Below, one piece after another: positions 52,312-64,000 of a stretch of DNA of 64,000 nucleotides (positions are counted from its first letter, which is position 1; every line of letters begins with the position of its first letter). Source of the DNA: the human T2T-CHM13v2.0 reference genome, Homo sapiens; assembly GCF_009914755.1 (NCBI RefSeq), contig NC_060945.1. One strand, 5' to 3'. The notes below the pieces were generated by a model that did no database searches, had not been told where the DNA came from, and saw only the letters and a program-made list of their open reading frames with translations. A program made the translations under genes and the position numbers.

Positions 52312-52695
52312 ATTTAAAAATAAAATCAGTAAATTTCTACTAAAAGTTTCTGCTAAATTCCTTATTGCATTCTATTTCAAAGGAGGGGTGAAATATCTAG
52401 AATGCCACGATGGTTTTTAAGCATAAGGGGTTGGATCTGATGAATTTCATGTTTGTGCTCTGGGACTTTACTAGAAAAAAATGAGGGATAGATGACTAAT
52501 TGCTACAATATTAATTTCATACTTACATTCCCCATAAGGCATGAAGCAAAATTTGTCAGCTTGAGGGAAATGAGACTGGACTAATTATCAGGACCTCAGC
52601 AAATAATGATCCAATATCCAAAGAACTGCAGTCTGCCATGAAATATTTGACAATTCTTTTAAAAAGTCAGCAAACTTTTCTAAGAAGAGAACGCA

Positions 52696-53140
<445 letters not shown>

Positions 53141-53808
53141 CTAATGTGAGAAACAGTCTATGATGATGAGTGAATCTTGACTTTGAGCAACACACGGAAA
53201 CTCCAAGGCCTCAGGTTTTGTTTTTAAATCTATTAAATAAAGAATCTAGGCTCATTGTATTACTGTGCCCCTGCTGGCTTCAACCTTCTGTAATGCTAAG
53301 ACCAGCCTCACTCTGTTTAATACGTGTGTCTTCCAGAATGTTCTTTAACCACAGTTCTTCTGTATGACATTTCCTCTGGTTTTGCTGAAAGAGGGGCAAT
53401 GGCTACTCCAAAAGACTCCTTTATGTAAGTTCCAAACTTTGTGGAAAATAATCTGGTAAATCCAGGAGATGTTATATTCCCACTTGCCATTCTGGATGTC
53501 GTCTATTAATTCCAATTAATAGGGACACAGCTCATTGGTGACTGCATGGAATTCTATCACCCCAAATGCTCACCTCTCACTGCCTACCCTGCAGAAATCT
53601 CAGGCACTCAAACTGCAGGCAGTATCCAAAGACCTGTTCTCTTCATCAGGAGACCCAGGAGATCCCCAATCCTTGTAAAATTCAAGAGTTTATTCAAGAC
53701 TATCAACCATTGTTTCCTGGATCGGACTATACCCATTACATTTTAACAGCCCTCTCTGACTCAGGGACATGAGTACAGCCAGGGGGAGGAGGGGAGGAGA
53801 GACGCTAA

Positions 53809-54290
<482 letters not shown>

Positions 54291-54650
54291 TAGTTGCTTT
54301 CTACTTAAGATAGGTATGTAAGTCCTGGCTACATCATGCCTCATGACCCAAACAGCCATTCTAGGGGCACAGGCAGCAGGCAGCATGCATAATTCCATCT
54401 GTCTCATGCTAAGATTCACGGGTGATCACTTTCAAAGAGCATGCTGAACTTCTAGTGAAACTTTACACACTGAAAACTTACACACCACACTTTCATGGTG
54501 GACTGCAAGGTCAGTGTTTATGGACACTACTGAGAGAAGGCCAGGGAGAGTGATGAAGTATGAATATGAAAGATGCAGAGAAGGCAAAGAAAACAGAAAA
54601 GAAACACAAAGCTTATGTCCCTGACATAACGATGGGAGACAGTCACTCAC

Positions 54651-54794
54651 CACAAACAGGAAATAGAACAAGAAAGACCTCTAGCCACAGTGGCAGGCAC
54701 CATAGCAGCAGCCGGGCCACGCTCAGCCAACCCACCAGAGCGTTTTCGTGCAAAATGTTATCGATGTGCTGCACATCTTCAGTGAAAACAAATG
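54651..54794 (-). other. candidate non-coding exon
   Basis: acceptor cttttctgtgcttAG and donor GTG|GTGAGT on minus strand; no transcript evidence available. Confidence 0.25.
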
Positions 54795-55007
54795 CTAAGC
54801 ACAGAAAAGTTGCAAATCTTGCAGTAAAAGCAAAACAGTAAAGTTCACATAGAAATACTTTATTCATCTTAAAGAAAAGATTTACTTTGAAGAAAGTAGG
54901 GTAGCTGGAGACATTCTTGGAAATTCTGGTTTGCAAAACCATTGGTTTTGTTTACTATCAGGGATTTTGTGTTAAGACAAATGATATCAGTATCATTCTT
55001 ACCCCTA

Positions 55008-55430
<423 letters not shown>

Positions 55431-55717
55431 AGGAAGAAAAGCAAGGAGAAGGAAAAAAGGAAAGAAAAATGGAGAAAGCAGAGAAATAGGAAAGAAATTC
55501 TCTGAAGATCAATAAATTAGAATAAAGGAGGAAAAATATGAGAGTGATCTGAATGTGTTAAAAACTGAACTGTGAGTTCGGAGATAAGAGGAGCAAAAGC
55601 AAATGGAAGTGAAGAGACTGTGGCTCACGTGTTTCCCTGAAGCATCTGCAGGAATGTTGGTCAGATGCCTGCTGGCCTGAGAAATGAGGAGGTGGACAGT
55701 GACCAGGGATGAGTGCT

Positions 55718-56187
55718 TGTACTAGTCAGGGTTCTCATGATAAACAGAATCTATACATATGCACATATATGCACAACACACATGTATATATCTGCATGAA
55801 GAGATTTATTATAAGGAATTGGCTCGTGTGATTATGGAGGTTAACATATCTGAAGATCTGCAGTTGGCAAACTGGAGAACTAGGAGAGCAATGGTGGAGT
55901 TCCAGTCCAAGGCTGAAAGCAGGAGGGAAAAAATGATGTCCTAGCTCCAAAGAAAGTCAGGCAGGAGAAATTCCCCCTCACTCAGGGGTAGGGCCCGAGT
56001 TTTGTTCCATTCAGGCCTTCAACTGAAAGGAGAGGAGGAGAGACGAGGCCAATATCTTTCACTCAGTCTACTGATTTCAAGGTTCATCTCATCCAAAAAC
56101 ACCCTCATAGAAACAACCAGAATATCTGACCACGTATCTGGGCACCTTGTGGCCCAGTCAAGCTGACACACAAAATTAACCATCACA
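55718..56187 (-). mobile_element. MLT2 (ERVL) solo LTR
   Basis: tgtactagtcagggttctc...gagatttattataaggaattggctc...aaaattaaccatcaca. Confidence 0.88.
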
Positions 56188-56302
56188 GCAGTCATTGTGT
56201 AATAGGCCCCAAGAAAAACACATGAGGAACACTGGTTACTCCTAAAACATCTACATTGACCAAGATTAGAGGACAGAATCTAAATTAGAAGTGCAACTTG
56301 GA

Positions 56303-56711
<409 letters not shown>

Positions 56712-56784
56712 TCACTCAAGACTCCACAATCAGAACTGTGGCAGCTCTCAGAACCTCTACAAGACAGGATGGCAAATCCTCAAA

Positions 56785-57320
56785 TTATAGGCATGGGTTT
56801 CGGGTCAGAAAGTCCAGCTCTGCCAAGTGGAGATCCCTGGCATCTACTTCTGAAAGTCCCTGTGGCCTAGGTACTTGACCTCTCCCAACCTCAGTTTCCC
56901 CATTTGCAACAGCAAATATAACAGTGCCCACCTGCTAGGATTGGCTTGTTTTGGTTTTTTTTTCTGAGACAGGGTCACTCTGTCACCCAGGCTGGAGTGC
57001 CATGGTACCATCATGGCTCACTGCAGCCTCAACTTCCCAGGCCAGGTGATCCTCCCACCTCAGCCTCCCGAGTAGCTGGGACTACAGGCACACACCACCA
57101 CATCCAGCTAATTTTTGTATTTTTTGTAAAGATGGGGTTTCACCATGTTGCCCAGGCTGGTCTTGAACTCCTGGGCTCAAGTGATCGTCACACTGTTGTT
57201 TCCCAAAGTGCTGGGATCACAGGTGTGAGCCACCGTGGCTGGTCAGGATTGTTATGAGATGAGAAAGAAGCAACAGATACTAAGGAATTAGCCCAATACC
57301 AGACACATACTAGGTGCTCA
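56785..57320 (+). mobile_element. MIR split by an Alu
   Basis: cctcagtttccccatttg; resumes at aggattgttatgag. Confidence 0.65.
56946..57244 (-). mobile_element. Alu (AluJ)
   Basis: reverse dimer. Confidence 0.92.
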
Positions 57321-57337
57321 AAAAAACAGTCATAGTT

Positions 57338-57656
<319 letters not shown>

Positions 57657-58580
57657 CTGTTTTTTAATTAAATGCTTGTTCCCTCCACAAAGTTTCTGCC
57701 CAGAAAAACACCAGCCACTTCCACAGAGAAATCTTCCTGGCAACTGTCACAACTCCCTTTTCTTTCTATCCAGGGTAGGCCTGGTTTGTAGTCAGGCAAC
57801 TGACTATGTCAAGTACCAAGAGAGGTCCCTGCAGATTGACCAAGCCTAGGCAGAAAATGTTCACACTGAGGCATAACTGAATTAGGCAGAAAAGCAAATG
57901 CCTGGCAGGTTGGTTGAGAGGAAGGCCAGAGGGGCCTGGGGGACTTCCTTTGGGCAGCCAGGCCGATAATCAGGCAGCAACCACGTAACTGGCCTTGCCT
58001 CTTCCCTCCCCACAGAATATAAGGGATAATGGAAGGAGCTGCTCGTGAATCGTGCAGCTGCAGCAAACAGGCCTCCTGGGCCCCGAAAGCATTGCTACCC
58101 TTTTCCCCACTGCCTGTTATCGGACAAAGGCAGGATGCAATTTCCCTTCTTCCCAGAATATACAAGACAACTCTGTATCCTATCATAACTGGAATCCTGC
58201 AAATTACCTCTTTTCAGAGAGGCCCCATCCAACTTCCCTACAGAAACAACAGTGCCTCTCTCCTACTCCAAGGAGAAGCACGTCCGAGATGTTTTCTTGG
58301 AATGTTTCCTTGACTTTCTGCAAGAAGCAGGTCGTGCTTATTAACGGTGCCAGCTCCTCCTGTAGCTCTATTGTTAGGAAGTGTCACTCTTGCCCCTGGG
58401 CACCCTGCCTCCCACCCAGATCCGAGATTCTTCAAGGCAGAACAGGTGCTTTCTCTCTGCACATTGCTTTCCTGGGCCTGGGAAAATGCAGAGCACATAC
58501 CCAAAGGACCTCAGTGAAGGGCAGCATTGACCCACAGAGGCACCAGGGGGACAGGGGGACTCTCTTCCCTCCTTGAGAGT

Positions 58581-58942
58581 TGTGTTAGTCTGTTTTCATG
58601 CTGCTGATAAAGACATACCCGAGACTGAGTAATTTATAAGAACAAAGTGTAATGGACTCACAGTTCCACATGGCTGGGGAGGCCTCACAATCGTGGCAGA
58701 AGGCGAAACGCGTGCCTTACATTGGTGTCAGGCAAGAGAGAGAATGAGAGCCAAGCGGAAAGGGTTTCCCCTTTTAAAACCATCAGATCTCATGAGACTT
58801 ATTCACTACCATGAGAACAGTATGGAGGAAGCCACCTCCATGATTCAATTACCTCCCACTGGGTCCCTTCCACAACATGTGGGAATTACGGGAGCTACAC
58901 TTCAAGATGAGATTTGGGTGGGGACACAGCCAAACCATATCA
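58581..58942 (-). mobile_element. THE1B-like solo LTR
   Basis: TG...CA termini, perfect 5-bp TSD agagt. Confidence 0.92.
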
Positions 58943-59689
58943 AGAGTCTATCAAAACAGTCCTTGTGGGCTTCAGACATCATTAAGCAGCTCCTAATCCA
59001 TCTAGTGGTCAATTAAGCTAAGAAGCTAAACTGAGATTCTCAGAGGAAAAAAAAAAAAAAGGTTCGCTCTGGATGGATATGGCTGAGGTCCCACATGCTA
59101 GGATAGGCCCCGGCATCTGCGTCATCCCGTGGAGCAATATGCGGCTCCGAGGCCAGCATAAATCAGGCCCAGAGCCACAGGTGCGGCCAGCCCACCTGGC
59201 CACAGGCATGCCACAGCACCATCCATCACACTGTGGCTGCCCAGCCATCAGCAGAGTCGGCCACGGGGACAGGAGGGCTTGGTGACTGGCTGCCAAACAG
59301 CAGCATGTTTGATTAATATTATCATATTTTTCTCATGAATTTTTAAATTCAGATAATTCACCCCGCATTACTTTTATAGATGTATATATACACACTGCAT
59401 ACAGGGAAGTTAGCCAAGTCTACACATGACTGAGTAATCCAATTTCAATGACCTTGATGATTCTAACATAAAGAAAGTCACTGGGCCTAAGTGGACCAGA
59501 GTCTGTAGTTCAGAGAAAGAGCAAATGCGGTGGCTTGGGAGGGGTAATGGGAAATGTGGCCAAGGACATCCCAGGAAGGACAGACAAGCTCCAAACCAAC
59601 ACAGCAGAAATGTGGAAGTGAAGCAATTTGTTCATAGAGAAAAGGATGGACAATTAAGCCAACACCAGGCACCAGGCTGAGTGAAAGCA

Positions 59690-59691
59690 TG

Positions 59692-59747
<56 letters not shown>

Positions 59748-59790
59748 ACACAGAAAGAGAGAGAGAAAGAGAGATAAAGAGAGAGTGAGA
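59690..59790. repeat. (TG)n microsatellite followed by GA-rich tract
   Basis: about 28 TG units with one interruption. Confidence 0.96.
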
Positions 59791-60205
59791 GATACAAAAA
59801 CTAGTGTTTAGGAAGATGGTTTACAAAGGACATGTCCAGGAAAGTTTGAGAGTACTTCGTAAGTGCAAGGATACTGAAAATGACAAAGAAAAAGAAGGGT
59901 CAGTGCTAACACCCAGACTAAAAATCTGGTGGCTGGAACACTGGAGGTGATGCTAATAGAGATGAAGAAGTTGGAAGAGGGAAAACAGTAAGTTTGGGTT
60001 TCAGGTTAAACTTCCAAGATTGGCAGACCACCTTACAGAGGGCACATCCTAAGGTGATCGATCCCAAATGATCCATGTTCTTGTATAACCCCTCCCCTTG
60101 AATGTGGGCAGGACATGACAAAATGATGAGGTGTCACTCCTCTGATTATATTTCATTATGTAAGATTTCATCTAAGCAGGCTGGGCCTTGAAAAAGCAAA
60201 CTGCC

Positions 60206-60437
60206 GAGCTCAGGAGTTCAAGACCAGCCGAGCCAACATGATGAAATCCTGTCTCTACTAAAAATACAAAATGTTGGCCAGGCATGGTGGCACACACCTA
60301 TAGTCCCAGCTACTCGGGAGGCTGAGGCATGAGAATCACTTGAGCCCGGGAGGCAGAGATTGCAGTGAGCCAAGATCGCACTCCGGCCTGGGCCACAGAG
60401 CAAGACCCTATTTCGAAACAACAACAACAAAAGAAAG
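60206..60437 (+). mobile_element. 5'-truncated Alu fused to the MTRES1 retrocopy
   Basis: starts about 65 nt into the consensus; (CAA)n tail ends AAG directly before the MTRES1-derived sequence. Confidence 0.9.
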
Positions 60438-61270
60438 GTTATAAGCGCCATGGCTATGACTAGTGTCAAATTGCTTGCCATTGTTTTAAGAAAGCCAGAT
60501 ACCTGGATTGGACTCTGGGGTGTTCTCCGAGGGACACCTTCGTCACACAAACTCTGTACTTCCTGGAATCGATATAGCACTAAGTTATGTGCACCAAATT
60601 ATAAAAGACTTATCCATAATATTTTCTCACTGAAATTCTCAGGGCTTTTAATATCTCCAGAATATATTTTTCCATTTTCCATAAGACTCAAAAGTAATAA
60701 AAGCTCTAATAAATCTACTACAAAGTCACTGCAAAAAGTAGAAGATGAAGAGGACTCTGAGGAAGACAGCAATCATGATGAGATGAGTGAGCAGGAAGAG
60801 GAGCTTGAGGATGACCCTACGATAGTCAAAGACTATCAAGACCTGGAAAAAGCAGTGCAGTCTTTTTGGTATGACGATGTCCTGAAGACAGGCCTAGATA
60901 TTGGGAGAAACAAAGTGGAAGATGCGTTCTACAAAGGTGAACTCAGGCTGAATGGGGAAAAGTTATGGAAGAAAAACAGAACGGTCAAAGTGGGAGATAC
61001 ACTGGATCTTCTCATTGGAGATCTTCTGGATCCAATGTATCTGGGAGATATATTGGATCTTCTGTTTGGAGAGGATAAAGAAGGAGGAACCGAGACAGTG
61101 ATGAGGATTCTCCTGAAAAAAGTGTTTGAAGACTGAAAGTGAAAAACACAGTGGTGTTACGGCGGTGGAAAAACTTAAAGTTGCCTAGGAAGAGAATGTC
61201 TAAATAAACGGATTGCTTTTTGCAATACAGCTGCTTTCTAGTGGTAGAGGAAGCAGTCAAAGAAAAAAGA
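60438..61270 (+). pseudogene. MTRES1: processed pseudogene of MTRES1/C6orf203 (mitochondrial transcription rescue factor 1); residual ORF 60450-61136, 228 aa
   Basis: translation matches recalled MTRES1 (MAMxSVKLL...DEMSEQEEELEDDP...KTGLDIGRNKVEDAFYKGELRLN...VKVGDTLDLL); intronless; frameshift and TGA at 61134; out-of-frame C-terminus VVLRRWKNLKLPRKRMSK* at 61151-61207; A-rich tail; TSD. Confidence 0.93.
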
Positions 61271-61402
61271 AAAAAAGAAAATTGCCATGTTGGAACTGCC
61301 TATGAAGGGGCTGTGTGGCAGGAACTGTGGGTGTCTATAGGTAGGGAGAACGGCCTCTAAGCACTGAGGTGGCCTCCAGCTGACAGCCATTAAGAAACCA
61401 GG

Positions 61403-61675
61403 GGGCAGGGCATGGTGGCTCACGTCTGTAATCCCAGCACTTTGGGAGGTCAAGGTGACCCGAGCTCGGGAGTTCGAGACCAGCCTGACCAACATGGCGA
61501 AACTCCATGTCTACAAAAATGCAAAAATTAGCCGGGTGTGGTGGCGCACGCCTGTAGTCCCAGCTACTCGGGAGGCTGAGGCAGGAGAATTGCTTGAACC
61601 CAGGAGGCAGAGGTTGCAGTGAGATTGCGCCACTGCACTCCAACCTGGGCAATAGAGCGAGACTCCATCTCCAAG

Positions 61676-61718
<43 letters not shown>

Positions 61719-61740
61719 ATTTTAAAAAATAAAAAAAAAG
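61403..61740 (+). mobile_element. Alu (AluS) with (TAAA)n tail
   Basis: dimer with two small deletions. Confidence 0.92.
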
Positions 61741-61819
61741 AAAGTGCAGTAGAATGAATACATTTCCATGGGTTAAAAAGGAAATGGCCAAAAGAGGGGG
61801 GAAAATAATTGTGCTACAA

Positions 61820-62270
61820 AGACCAACATGACCTGGCCTGCTTGACCTCGCTGAACCTTCTATACGCTCCTTCTTGCTCAGCCTGGTCCAGGCACACTGG
61901 CCACCTTTCTGTTGCTCCCACTCCAGCACGAGCTGTTATTACCTCTTCCCAGAATGCTCTTCCTCCATAGACACATTTCCTTCCATTGTTTGCCCAAAGC
62001 CTTTCCTATAAATGCCTACCCTGACCAATGTATTTTTAATTGCACTCCAGTTACCTCATGAGCTGCTGTACTTTTATCCAGACCATTTATCACCTTCTGC
62101 CATGCTCTAAGATTTACTATTTGTTATGTTGATTGTTTTTGTCTCCCCCTGCTAGAATGCAAGCTCCACAAAGACCGATTTTTGTCTGTATTTTTTTGCT
62201 GATAAATTCCAAGATTTCAGAACAATACATAGTACAAAACACATGCTCAGGAAAATATTTACTGAATGGT
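61820..62270 (+). mobile_element. L2a-like 3' end
   Basis: cccagaatgctcttcc...gctagaatgcaagctccac...aaatatttactgaatg. Confidence 0.75.
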
Positions 62271-62984
62271 TCAAGGCAGTCATTAAGCAATGAGATTGGT
62301 CTACATGTATTACTGTTGTAAGATGTCCATGAGATCTCATAAGGTTAAAAATTTTAAGAGCATGTCAGAAAACAACATGTGTACTATGATCCTTTCTTAT
62401 ATATGTAAAAAACAAAAACTTTCCTTTCCAAGCAATCCATTCCTGAAGTCTTAACACGGGCCAGAGCAAGGTAGGCGTTCACACAGGAAGGGGAGGCCAT
62501 GATGTCACTGAGTGGGGTGTCCAACCCAACCCAGCAGGGTGAGGAAGGGGCCATGTGGAACAGCAGCCCAGCACGCGTGTCCAAGCCAAGCATGACAAGG
62601 AGGGCATCCACGTGGGAGGAGGTAGAGCCAGGACATAGAGATTGGTTACAAACATGCCAGTTGACCAAATAAGTAAAGATATGAAGGATAATGGGCACCA
62701 GAGTTTTGCTTGTTGGAGAAGCCATTTAAATGTGGAAAAAGAGAAAACTAGAATGAACCTTGTGGAGCTGAATCAGAATTGAAGGCATCAGTGTGAATTC
62801 ATGTGTGTGAAGATGTAACTCCCTAGTGAGCGTCTGGGGACAGCGACTCCCCAATAAGCAGGGAGCACACCTTAAGCCCAGATTTTGGTTTCTACGTCCT
62901 GGTGTCCACTAAAAGAAACCACGACTCCTTAGAGAAATGGCTGGTTCCCCTGCTGGGGCAAGCAAAGAATAAGATGAGCCTAGA

Positions 62985-63583
<599 letters not shown>

Positions 63584-64000
63584 ATGAGAGTAATGAAATA
63601 TAGGCCACTGAACAAGACACAGTAAACTATGAGTTAATAGTAGAACAGCTCAAAATCTGGACCACCAGATGGGAAGCGCTAGAACACAGCGATTCTGTGA
63701 CGCTGCTGCCAAAAATGCAGAACCAGATTCTAATTGTGGAAAAATTATCAGGCAAACCAAAATTGAGGAATCTTCTAGAAAACAATAGCCTGCCATCCTC
63801 AAAAGTGTTAAGGAAAATCATGGCTGTCAAGGAAAAACTGAGGAACTGATCTCAACTGAAGGAAACCACTAAATGTGATGCATGATTCTGAACTAGATCC
63901 TTTTGCTTACAAAGGACATTCCAGGAACAAGGGGAGAAATCTGACTGGGGTCTGAGGACTAGAGGGTGGCAATGTGTCCGTGTTAATTTCCGGATATCAA

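Larger units (their letters stand above)
60020..61402 (+). mobile_element. MLT1 (E/F-like) LTR interrupted by the Alu-MTRES1 retrocopy
   Basis: cccctccccttgaatgtgggcagga...gcaaactgcc, then resumes atgttgg...tggcaggaactg...ccagctgacagcc. Confidence 0.7.

Noticed and set aside
58052-58576. 174-aa plus-strand ORF in unique DNA
   Set aside because: Non-ATG start, no recognisable domain or splice structure, compatible with chance
60450-61136. Calling this the functional MTRES1 gene
   Set aside because: Intronless, frameshifted near the C-terminus, with A-rich tail and TSD inside an LTR: a retrocopy

Overview
Human genomic DNA: a near-consensus AluYb8, a human-specific subfamily, lies at 19606-19908. 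The window is repeat-dense and intronic/intergenic. It holds about 54 Alus (roughly a quarter of the sequence) plus old L1, L2 and MIR fragments, MaLR/ERV solo LTRs, hAT/Tigger DNA transposons and microsatellites. The only gene-derived sequence I recognise is a processed pseudogene of MTRES1 (C6orf203) at 60438-61270 (+). It keeps a 228-codon ORF and appears to have been inserted together with an upstream 5'-truncated Alu between one shared pair of target-site duplications (TSDs) inside an MLT1 LTR. No spliced coding exon, RNA gene, CpG island or CRISPR array is evident, and nearly all other listed ORFs are repeat-derived. From memory only, this may be a large 5' intron of TIAM1 on chr21 (minus strand); this is unverified. 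I found no convincing new biological system. The best leads are the Alu-MTRES1 chimeric retrocopy, several template-switch (duplication/inversion) scars, the young AluYb8, TF-motif clusters and two candidate minus-strand non-coding exons. Repeat subfamily names were assigned by eye from remembered consensus sequences, and boundaries are approximate unless a TSD is quoted.
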